Positions 13,214-23,762 of a stretch of DNA of 64,000 bases are shown one piece after another. Location of the stretch: contig CM102287.1 of the NCBI GenBank assembly GCA_046563655.1, positions 5,828,001 to 5,892,000 on the forward strand. Reading direction: 5' to 3'. Below the pieces are notes generated by a model. The model was not told the origin of the DNA. It saw only the letters and a list, made by a program, of their open reading frames with translations, and did no database searches. The DNA comes from Yuukianura sp. NJ FZ-2021 (Eukaryota). The translations under genes were made by a program, and so were the position numbers. Position 1 is the first letter of the stretch, and each line of letters begins with the position of its first letter.

Positions 13214-13678
13214 CTAACTCTTGTGAATTTTTTTCAGGTGCTTCCCAAGGTTGTCAGGCCATCTACCGTCAAACGTGGCGACACATTTGGGGCATTTGAG
13301 CCGCTCCAAGGGCGGGTCATGTTGTGCCCTGACATGGGCATACTTTTTTTTGTAGGTTGGGAACTCCAACCTACAATGCGGGCAAGGGAAAACCTTTGCC
13401 TTGGCAGTGGTGGTGGCATTTGGCGCCGGGACAACGGGGGGACTGGGAGGAGGGACTTCCTCCTCTTCGCCCACGGCGAAATACCCGGCTTCCACCGTCA
13501 CCCACTTCCCCACTTCCTTCTCTTCCCCCCCTTCGCCACATTGCGGGCACAGGAAATTTAGGGGTGGGGTGTGGGCGACGATGCAGAGAGGGTGAGCGAG
13601 GTGGCCTTCGCAACCCTCCCGTTTCAGCCGGGCAATCGCTCCAGCAATAGGTTGGAGACAACCAGCGCAGCTCGGCAT
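13214..13678 (-). CDS. Transposon-borne RING-H2 plus two C2H2 zinc finger protein, 154 aa
   Basis: CAGC-x15-CEGHLAHPLC-x11-CPQC fits C3H2C3 RING-H2 spacing. An acidic/Pro linker follows, then FPCPHCRLEFPTYKKKYAHVRAQH and LKCPKCVATFDGRWPDNLGKHLKKIH (C2H2). ATG at 13678. Confidence 0.85.
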   Translation of the reverse strand: MPSCAGCLQPIAGAIARLKREGCEGHLAHPLCIVAHTPPLNFLCPQCGEGGEEKEVGKWVTVEAGYFAVGEEEEVPPPSPPVVPAPNATTTAKAKVFPCPHCRLEFPTYKKKYAHVRAQHDPPLERLKCPKCVATFDGRWPDNLGKHLKKIHKS

Positions 13679-13780
13679 TTTTTTTTGGGGGCCTACCAAG
13701 AAAACGGTCTTTTCCTTTCTCTAATAGAAAGGTAAGTCACCGAAACTGAGCTCCGCGGCTCCTTATATAGGGAATTTTTT

Positions 13781-14097
13781 GGGGATGGGATATGGGATGG
13801 GATATGGGATGGGATATGGGATGGGATATGGGATGGGATATGGGATGGGATATGGGATGGGATATGGGATGGGATATGGGATGGGATATGGGATGGGATA
13901 TGGGATGGGATATGGGATGGGATATGGGATGGGATATGGGATGGGATATGGGATGGGATATGGGATGGGATATGGGATGGGATATGGGATGGGATATGGG
14001 ATGGGATATGGGATGGGATATGGGATGGGATATGGGATGGGATATGGGATGGGATATGGGATGGGATATGGGATATGGGGTGGGATATGGGATATCC
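13781..14097 (-). repeat. Tandem array (GGGATGGGATAT)n in the right TIR, about 24 units
   Basis: Read directly. Inverted counterpart of 11325-11580. Confidence 0.95.
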
Positions 14098-14250
14098 CAC
14101 ATCCCCCTCCTACTCCCCTATAGCAAAATGAAACGGCAACATCGCGGCGCAAAGCATTGAACGGGATACGGGATGGGATATGGAGTATTAACACGTACCA
14201 CCTCTGCCTTACTCCACCCTATGATTCTTTTCAAGCTGTTTGCCAACAAG

Positions 14251-15830
14251 ATGTCAAATACAGAAGGTCCTGGAGAAACTCCAGGTGAACCTGCACGCGT
14301 ACCTCAGAAGAAGCCCCGACAAATGAGAACAGAACTGGATCGTTTACTGATGGACGAAGGTACTGTAAATATGCTGTGCGATCGTGATGCAACTGTAAAC
14401 GCCGGAACAGCTAAGCAAAATTCGAATGGCAATGGCGTCAATAACAAGAAAAAGAAATTAGAAGAACTTGACCGCAGACGATTGCAAGTTCTTAGCACGG
14501 TACGAAATCAGAGTAGCGACACAGTTAAAAAATTACGTGAAAAGAAGAAACCAGAGGTCAAGCCAGCCAGACGAAGGTCCTCGGAAGAAGGATACGCAAA
14601 TGGAAATGTCCCAAAAGGGTCCCCTGTGGCTTGGTGCAAGGGACGTCGTGCCAGTCTTCTTGCAACTTTGAAGGAAGATCGAAATGGAACTGGAGATACA
14701 AATGGAAAAGGAGCAGAATCCATAGAAGGTAGTTCTAGCGTGACGCTAGCGCTGACGCGAGCGAATTTTAATTTTTCGTTTTTCGAATCCGTACAGGCCC
14801 GCCAGAACAGAAGCAAATTTTGTCAAATGTGACAAGGGATGGTTTGGGTCATGTCACAATTACGTTTCAGTCGAATGGAAGACACACTATAGATTTAAAG
14901 GTATTTAATTTCCGTATTCGCCAACCTCACTTAATTAACTACATTAACTTTTTTTATCGTTTTGCACAGGCCTTAAGGGACCTTACTAGTACATTACAAG
15001 CACTGGGATCTGACCCAAGAGTCAAAGTCATTTTAGTTTCCAGTTCTGGAAACTCTAAATTCTGCAACGGTCTTGACCTCCGAGAACTGATTGGCACAAC
15101 TGATGACAAGAAGCAAGCGGCCGATGACATTGCTGAAGCTATCAAGTAAAGTGAAATGCTTTCTGATGTTAATCATGAAGTGTCACCATTTGATCTAGTA
15201 ATTGGAATTAACGTAATCGTACTTTGTTTGCTTTAGCTTGTACCTCACCACATTAGCTGAGCTGCCTAAACTCACGATAATCTCACTCCACTCCTCGGTC
15301 TCAAATTTATTTGTGACAAGCTTGCCGTTATTCGATCTCATTTACGCTTCTGACAAATCCACTTTCCGGTGCAACTATTTAACAACTCTAAACCAAGTTC
15401 CAGAAGGCGGGACGCTTCTATACGAAAAGCTTGGACCAGTTGCCTTCAATAATCTCGTTTATGGAGGGAAGGTACTCACTGCTAACGAAGCGAAGGAGTG
15501 CGGTCTGGTGAGTGAAGTACTTTGGCCAGCACGTTACCAAGAGGAACTTGTTAACCGAGTCAACAGTTTCCTAGGACGCAAAGTAAGTCCAATTTTACAT
15601 CCTATAATTAAGTAAATTTAACAATAACATCCGAAAGTACGTACAGCGTTCTTCTTACTTTGCAGTTGTCGAATAGTTTCCCTATGACGAAGTCCTCAAT
15701 TCCACGTCTCAAATGCCTTTCGGAACAGAATTTGAAAGAAGCAAAGAAGGATCTAGTAAACTCTTGGATCAGTGAAGATTTTCAAAATGCTGCAAGGAAC
15801 TTCGTCAATTCTCGTGTAATTCGAAACTAA
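14251..15830 (+). CDS. Chromodomain-Y-like (CDYL-type) crotonase/enoyl-CoA hydratase-fold protein; exons about 14251-14728, 14797-14900, 14971-15145, 15237-15582, 15666-15830
   Basis: Crotonase-like segments KVILVSSSGNSKFCNGLDL, LPLFDLIYASDKSTF, QVPEGG and LTANEAKECGLVSEVLWP, joined by GT-AG introns. No chromodomain is visible. Confidence 0.8.
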
Positions 15831-16677
15831 AAACCAAAAGCAAACTTCTAGTGACCTGTCAAAACAGCATGCTGTTTTATAGTTAGATGTTAGGCTGTAG
15901 TTTGTAGAAGATCACCGCAAATTCCTTGTGATACTTGCCTTTGTATAGTTAGGCTTTCTTCTTTTCATCGCTAGAGTCCATAGCTCTTAGCTTTCTTTAA
16001 TTCAACAGAGTAGTTAAACTTCAGTTTCACCTTTCTAAAAAAAACTCCCATAGACTTTTCAGTTGTGATATAACGAAGCTAGCTACTGGTTAGTAACAAA
16101 AGAGCGATGCAAAACGTATTACTAGTTGTAATGTACATAAGTCGAATGTTTCGCTTTATGCTCTGAATGTGATTATAACTGACTCTGCTGGTGCTAGAGA
16201 CTTTTAGATCTTACTAAAATTATTAGTCCAGACTCTAACACCTTCACTATATTCTATGTAATAATTATAATAGTACATAATCTAAATGTATTTGAACGTA
16301 GTAGAAATTCCAACAGGGACGAGATGCTGGCAGCATCAAGAACTAGTTACAGAGCCAACAGGAGCAGTTAACGTATGAGATGAAATGTAATTCGGTGACC
16401 TAGGAATTGACTTCCAAATATTACTTTTACGTTATATTATTGTATCTCTACAAATATTTATCCGATGTTACTAAAACAAAAGCTTTAGTATTAGGATCCA
16501 AAAATAAATGGGGAAGAAGGAAGTGTTACGAATGCAAAGGCAATTTAAGGGTAGCATAACAATTAATTTCCACTAGAGGAAACTTTAATTTAATTTAACT
16601 TTTAATTGGCTCTTTGAACTCCGTAAGAAACAGCAGGGGTTTTTGTAATTGATTCCCTGGAGTGACCCGCTGGAGAC

Positions 16678-17158
16678 ATGAACATCCTCGTTTGGCTCTT
16701 CACATGGATGACTCTTTTGCACTGTAAGACTTAACCTTTGACATTTTCTAAAAACTTTTTAGTTTTTCATAGAATTTTGACATTTTTTAATTTTTTTGAT
16801 TTCATTTACAGATGGCGACTGTAGGTACCAACCACTTGAACTGTGGTATGGATCCTGCTTGAACAAACTGGAGGAAACTGCGGTGAAAGAGACGAAAGGC
16901 TTGGTCAAACTGTTAATGACAGAAAACATTCAATTCATCAGCGCTGCAGCAGGGAAAAACGCTGCTGAAATCTTGGATTTGCAATATCCAATCTGGGAAG
17001 TTACAGATACTCTGCTGGATTTAGTCGCAGCAAGTGTTGAACTTGAGGTTATTGAAGGGATACAAAGGATTCCCTGGAAGTCTTATTCCAGGATCATCAC
17101 AACATCTAGCCTTGGCATCCTCTGCGATTCCATTAATCATTGCTGTTTTAAGGAATAA
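16678..17158 (+). CDS. Small secreted protein, copy 1 (exons 16678-16723, 16812-17158)
   Basis: Signal-peptide-like exon MNILVWLFTWMTLLH with a phase-1 GTAAG donor that joins the 16796 ORF in frame. Ends LCDSINHCCFKE*. Confidence 0.65.
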
Positions 17159-17272
17159 TTTAACAGAAAATTTTAAATTGTTCATCTACTCTACTCACTT
17201 TGGTTTTAATTATCAACACTTTACTATTAGCTTCAAAGTTTACATTCACTCCTACTTTTTCAAGTTCTACAA

Positions 17273-17704
17273 CATGCGTCGATTCTTTCTGATTCTCTTC
17301 TGTATCTTTCTACTCGGTAAACGGTAAGGCGTTGCATGTAAAAGTTATTCAACATTCATTTCGTACATTTTTAAACATATTTTTGGTGATTTTTGTAACT
17401 TTTGGAATCTGTTTCTAATATCCAGCGGAGGGAGTTGGACACTGAAATGACGCTGAATGCTTCTCTTATCGTGGAGGTCATTGTGCAAAGTCATGTGGAA
17501 GAAATTTCATTGACGGCTGGAGGAGTGGCTGGACGAAGCGTCAACCCGAATAGAATTGACATCGACGATGTGGCAAATAGCGTCAGTTTGTACTTGACGC
17601 ATTACGTTGTACCAAAATTTCAGTTTAAAGAGACCATGACCTTTGTAACCAAAATCGTTCTGCAAAAATTGTGCCTTCTGAAGAACTGCTGCTATTTGCC
17701 TTGA
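17273..17704 (+). CDS. Small secreted protein, copy 2 (possibly a pseudogene)
   Basis: Hydrophobic leader MRRFFLILFCIFLL. Second exon ends LCLLKNCCYLP*. The obvious donor and acceptor phases do not reconcile. Confidence 0.45.
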
Positions 17705-17970
17705 AAAATTAACGTTTACAGCAATTACAGTAATATGTAATGCTAGTAATAAGCGAAATCTAATTCAAACTTAATTGATGTTAATCCTTCGCACATGAGT
17801 ATTGATTAACTAAAATTAAACTAAATTGGTGTTGATTGACTCGTGGTTAAATCCCAGTGCTGCTAAAATTAAAAATCTGCTAATTACTGAAGTTTTTTCC
17901 TAATCCTGTTACACAACTCAGTTTTTCCATAGTTTCACGCGACACTTTAGTAAAGATTTGGTGTTTCAAG

Positions 17971-18487
17971 ATGCCAAATTCTAGAAAGTCATTGGACGCC
18001 TTGCTGCTACTGGGTAAGTTCAATTCAGTCGAATTTGTTTAAAATTTCAAAAATTTTGGAAATGTTGGACCTTACTACAAATACATTTTTATTGTTGATG
18101 AAATTATCGCATTTCGTTCCAGGCGTTGCTGTTGTACTGACGAGCTTCAGCGTTACAAATGCCCTGCGACAAAATTCTGCATTTTGCAATAAGCGACTTC
18201 GCGACGAACTTTCAGTGGACGTGACACGCGCCGTTGGTGTATTTTTAACTAGTCGTCGTGACACACTAGCGACACTTGCTGCTGGTGCAGCACGAAGTAA
18301 AGTGACTCGATCTGAAGTGGCCAGAGGAAATGGGCTTGTTGATCCAATAGCTTCCGCTGTAGAACACTCGATCAACACAGAGTTCCAAAATATCGCTGCC
18401 GAAATTAAGCCTGTCATCAAAGTCTTTCTACAAACAGGCCTCAAGCGTCTCTGTACCCTGGAAGATTGCTGTTTTGAACACAACTAA
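17971..18487 (+). CDS. Small secreted protein, copy 3 (exons 17971-18013, 18123-18487)
   Basis: MPNSRKSLDALLLL|GVAVVLTSFSVTNA forms a signal peptide across a phase-1 intron. Ends LCTLEDCCFEHN*. Confidence 0.65.
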
Positions 18488-18596
18488 AAACAAACTCCAA
18501 AACGTAAAAATTAAAATCATCCAAAACCTCATCAAATGCGAATTGCGAACTTTATTTAAAAATTCGGGGTATTCAGGTTAATGTTTTTAACATAGG

Positions 18597-21500
18597 CTAT
18601 GGAAGATTCCTGGAGGTCGAGGGTCGTTGTACTTCTCTATTCGGTTGGACGGTGGTGGTCATCATGTCAGTCTTTTCAGTAGTGCTTGATTGAATAAGGA
18701 GCGGAATAGAACTGATACTAGGTGCATTTGTCAACGTTAGTTTTTTCTTGGGGCCGTGACCATTGAGCCGTTCTGACATTTTGTCCAAACGCTGTTCATT
18801 TTCTTCTGTTCTGGAACTAGATACCTTGTCAATAAGTCTAGAAAAAAGACAAGAGAAGACTAGAAATTCAGTTCGTTCTAAAAATGTTACTTTTCGTCCT
18901 TGGATTTCTGGATATAATTACAGCACGCGTTCTAATTTCGTAATTTTTGGTTTTTACCAAATCGATTAATTAAAGTTCTGACTAGAGATGGCATATTGAT
19001 AGGCTTTTAGTTAGCATGAAATTTGGAAATTTCCTAAGTAATTTTTAATTTTGTTGAAACATGTCACCCTAAGTTGAAATGGCTTGTTCAAGAAATGTCA
19101 TTTTTAGTTCGGAAAGTTAGATAGTGACCAAAGAAACAAAAGCGTCATCATGAGTCGTCATCATAATTTATTTGAAAATTCACATTATGGTAAAAAGCCT
19201 TACTAATGTAACGTTATAACCTAACCTAAAAGAGGCACAGTGAAAGCCAAAGCTAGTCAAAGAATCGATTCCAGAAAAAAGAACCTTCGTCAATATTAAA
19301 TGAACTTTTGGTGGACTGGAGAGCTGGACGTAACTTTCTCCACTTTCACCTCCCTTGTCCCTTGCTGCCTCTTTTTACTATTTGCTCTCTCTTACTCAAA
19401 TTTGGCAAAGCCAGAAACCAAGAAACTAACATAACCCGACACCCATGGACGGTCAGTTACATCCATGGACGGAAGGACGGAACGGCATGGACGGACATGT
19501 CCAAAGTCATATTTCCTAACCACGCTGGACATAAGGCTTTTAGGTGACTATTCATCAAAGTATAGTCGGTGGATGCTGGATTAGCTACGGTTAGGTTATT
19601 TCCGTCCAGGACCGTCCTTGGTCATGTTAGGAATGGAAAGTACGAAACTGGAGAAAGCAAGTGAAAGCGACCAGAGTGTTGTAAGAAATGGAAACACAAC
19701 AAATAAGAGCATGGAGAACACAGGGGAAAATGCCATTGGACATGTGAGAAATAAATCCAACAGCTCTTGAGTTCCTACTTTTGACCAATGACCAACAACT
19801 GAGAATGGACTTTTGAATAAGGTCATGACTTTCCCTCTGTGAACAAAATTTTAGGTTAACAAAATCTACACTTTATGACCTCATTTTCAAAAGTTTATCC
19901 TTGAAATGCCACCGCGGGCTTACAGTGTTCCGCTTTCACTCATTAAATTTTTTCTCCTGACTTTATCCAAAAGTGAAACTGAAATTCAAATTATACAGAG
20001 CAAAAAGCTGCAAAAAAGGAACCGCCCCTCTCTATCACACAATTAACCACGCGAGGATATGTAAAAAGTGACGCCCATTCTTGCTTTCCTGGAAGCCTAG
20101 CCTAGTCTTTGTCGCTAGAAATTTTTTTGTAACATGTTCGTTAAAATTTTTTCCGAATTTCTAGGAAATGAGAAAGTTCCATTGGGAAATGCATGTGAAG
20201 CTTAAGTATTTTGTTGGGTTAAGAGGCTTACCTAATAGAATCATCCGTGGTAGGATTTTCCGTGAGTCGTCTGCGTGTGTCCGATTGATTCTCCATGTCG
20301 TCAACTTCTGAATCCCCAGAGGTTGGTCCATTTCCACGGATTTTGATCTTTGTAAGAAGCAGAAGAAGGAAGAATAGGAGGATGACAGAAGCCATGGAAA
20401 TGCCTCCAAAGAGTCCCAGACTCATCATTTCCTCACTTCGGTCATAAAATGGAACGGCCACTCCAAAGTCTTCATTAAAAAAGGAATCACTATAGAAACA
20501 CGGAAAGAGGCTTCCGATCTCCGAAAATCGGTCGTAGAAGTCAGAGCAGTTGACCTCGGGCGGATACCCGCATCCGTTAGGATTTATCATTAACGTGGCC
20601 GTCAGGTCTAAAGAAAGTCAAACAAGAAGTTAAAAGTTCACTAAAAAGAAAGTTGAAACTTTGTGGAGTCGAAAGATCTTGTTACGTTAGGATTGTTATG
20701 TTGCAAATGCTTATGTTTCGGACTCACTTTGGCTTGTAGAATTATTGTAGTGGTAGGAATTATTGGTAGAGTTGGCTCCAGCGAGCGGAAAGAATGCTGC
20801 CAAGGTTTCATCAGGATCCCAGTTTTCAATTTCATGGTTATAGTAACGTTGGACAAAAGTAAAGTTGAGGTCACCTGACTCAAAGTAGGTCACAAATATA
20901 AATGTACAGCCGTAGAGGTCTGCAGTACATCCTTCGCGGCAGGATGGGATCTCGCAGTTTCCAGGTCCCGTGGCGTTTTTTGTTCGTGACGTTCTAAAAC
21001 ATAAGGAATTACATAGGAACAAAGTACATCACAATAAAAACAAGCTGTTTGAACACTCTTGGTGTTTGAACAAACAAAACAAGAAAGTTCCTGGCAGGCA
21101 GATGACGCCACTCAAAGTTTTTGTCATAAATGTCATACCAAAAATACTTTGTCAACGTACAGTTGTGAGAAAGCAGCGAGCATCATGAAATTACTGAAAA
21201 TTTTGTGAAGCATTTCCAAAAAACTTTCTCACCTGCAAATCCCAGGGTCAGTTCTAAATTGAGCATTTAAACCAACAAGTATTGGATCCACAATTAACAG
21301 AGAAATAAATAACAGACAGGATCCCGCCAAGATCAAAAGCGTCGCAACGCAAACTATGGCGAACGATTTCGCCCTTTCTGACCAACTCCGCTTGTCAGCA
21401 ACCGAATTTTGACGCTCGAGGAGCTCCTGTTTCCGTTTCTTGGCTGCCAAAAGTTTTTGAGCTGCGACAACCGTTGAAGCACGTCGTAATTGATGGGGTG

Positions 21501-21801
21501 ACGCCGACGCAGAACCATCCGGAACTCCACTTCCGGGTGCCGGAGGAGGCTGGAGTGTGAAATTATTTGGCGTAGAATTTTGTCTCTGGATGATCTTTCG
21601 ACTCAAACTACCACGGAAACTGCCATTGGCAACTGCAGAAGGAGGGATCCGCTTTTGGTACAGTCTGGACTCGTCCAGAGTCGCAGCCCTTTGAAGGGCC
21701 CGAAGTGGTGGGGCCCTTGGACGAGGCAGTTGACCTGGTCGTGACCCACCGTCTGCCCATGCCCCATTCCTAGGATCCTGCTGCTGCTCCAGAAAATTCA
21801 T
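18597..21801 (-). CDS. Teh1: TipE-family sodium channel auxiliary subunit, Teh1-like; exons 21801-21233, 20993-20728, 20607-20232, terminal exon about 18837-18597 (alternative about 19836-19596)
   Basis: Two TM helices, SCREGCTADLYGCTFIFVTY, INPNGCGYPPEVNC and FPCFYS. Splice phases were checked by hand and are consistent. Subfamily assignment is less certain than family assignment. Confidence 0.75.
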
Positions 21802-23613
21802 ACCGAGTTACCAACATTCTTTCCGAACGTAGTCAAACTGGAGAAGCACAGGAACACAATGTCTCCCGGGAAAAAGCGACTGTGTTCATTTTCATCACCT
21901 CCTTGGAAGCTCCTTTCCGAGGAATAAGGAGGGACAGTGACAGAAGAGGGGGCCTGTCAATTGAAACTACTTACCCGCGCATATAAATACTTTATGGCTT
22001 CCCAATTGGGCCATTTAGGATGTCCATGCTCCACAATGTCCAAAACCCCCATATAAATACGCTTTCGAGCGAGCCAAATGTATGAACAAGGCACTCAAAC
22101 CCAAGGACTTGTCACTTTCTCCTACCGACTGCTTTGGTAATGTTAGATTTAACATAAACTTTCGAATTTTTATCGCTTCTAAAATTAATCGATTAAAATC
22201 ACCCCTCAAGTTACATCAAGAAACTCTATAAAACTACTGAATATTAAAATAATTAATATTTTTTTGTTACCTTTTACACAAATTATAAAACACATTTTCT
22301 AAAATCAGCTTCGACAAGTTAATGTGAAAACTTTTGATTTTTTTCTCCTTAGAAAAAGAGAGAATTCTTCTTCTCGGCATAACGAAACTGTTTGAACTTC
22401 AACTTTGCTTTGGGATTTCAGATTTTTAACATTTGAAAACATATTTTCATGGATTTTGTTCATCGACAGATTTTAAGTAAAGCTAAAGCTGAATGGCTAA
22501 CATTAAGAATAAAATTTTCAGAATTGAAGAATAGAAAGCGTTGTTGCTTTTTCTAAAATATGAAATTTTCGTTTGAAGTTTGAAAATTCGTAGAATTCTT
22601 GCACTCCTAACGCTATAGGACTTTCTCTAATGAGAATGACAGTCAAACATGCAATTCCAATTGAATCCGTTTATTTTTTGCGCAGTTCTATTTTGAACCT
22701 AGTCGCCTCTGGTGTTAAATGACACATTTAAAGTGTCTTCCTTTTTTCTTGAACTCATTTCATTGATAGTCTTCCGCAGTGTTTAAGGTGGCGGGTGATA
22801 GGAATCCTTGGCGGTGCAGTCCCGATGGCTCTCTGTCCCATAAATAAACCCAGGCTGGAATCTGTTTTTAGTTTTTTAGATTCCAGCCATCCTACTAAAA
22901 CTTGAACGACTTGAACAGAACAGTCCTGGTTCAGTTCAACTCCAGAAATTCCTTTGGATCTGCGCATATCGTCCAAAAGAGAAAGACCTTTGCCAAATTC
23001 CTCCAAGCCTCCTCACTTTCACCCTAACTTTGCCTAACCTAAGATCTAAACTAACTTAACCAAGAACTCGCTCATGCACTGTGCACCGCGGCAGCGAAAC
23101 GGCAGAGTAGAGGAACCTCGGAATTTCACGTCTTGTCGCAGTGCTGCCCCTGCTGTCAATAGAATCTCAACATGGAACAAAAGAAGTTGCCAATTCTGGA
23201 GCACAGCAGCAGTACTAGAACTAGCACTGAATGCGAAAAATAAAAAAAGACAAGTCCCAGTCCCAAGACGTCAGAAAAATTACCACTCCGAAACTCCTTC
23301 GAAGCATATTCTGGAAGAGTGAGGGAAAAAAAAACATGACAAGAATTTTGGAACGACTTTTTGCAACCAAAAAACATGAGAAAAACACTTGCTTTTTCAT
23401 AAAAGAACAAATCTCAAAAAAAGCAGAAAAATTAATAACAAATCAAAAGAGAAAGCAAAAGTTACACACATAACAGTCTGAGCCAAGCAAACAAAACACT
23501 AACCGACAAAAGGAAATCAATAATTCCATAAATGTTTTAAAAAAACATAACTTAATTGTGACAGATTTGCAAAAATTGAAAAAAATTACTTAGACTATGT
23601 TAGGATGGTTCCA

Positions 23614-23762
23614 GGCCATTAGCGCGAAAACAATAAGCGCGAATTCCACAACTTGGCAACACTGAATCTACATTCTCAATGAAACCCAACCTTACACTCC
23701 GATAAAGTTCACTTGCACTGTTGCCAGCTCGATTCGCGTTTATTGTTTTCGCGCTAATGACC
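23614..23762. mobile_element. 149-bp MITE-like element with 31-bp TIRs
   Basis: GGCCATTAGCGCGAAAACAATAAGCGCGAAT versus rc GGTCATTAGCGCGAAAACAATAAACGCGAAT. No clear TSD. Confidence 0.75.

Larger units (their letters stand above)
11200..14218 (+). mobile_element. Full-length Merlin (IS1595/IS1016-like) DNA transposon with long TIRs and two convergent ORFs
   Basis: 9-bp TSD CTATGATTC (11191-11199 and 14219-14227). Termini GGCAGGAGTAAGGCAGAGGTGG and (rc) GGTGGAGTAAGGCAGAGGTGG. TIRs are near-identical over about 430-490 bp apart from array copy number. Intact DDE transposase inside. Confidence 0.95.

Noticed and set aside
12689..13299. Phe-rich 'membrane protein' ORFs
   Set aside because: Translations of the A-rich and T-rich tracts.
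14173..14250. Transposon-host fusion protein suggested by the 219-aa ORF starting in the TIR
   Set aside because: An open frame by chance across the TIR and TSD. A splice acceptor at 14235 and the ATG at 14251 explain the host gene better.
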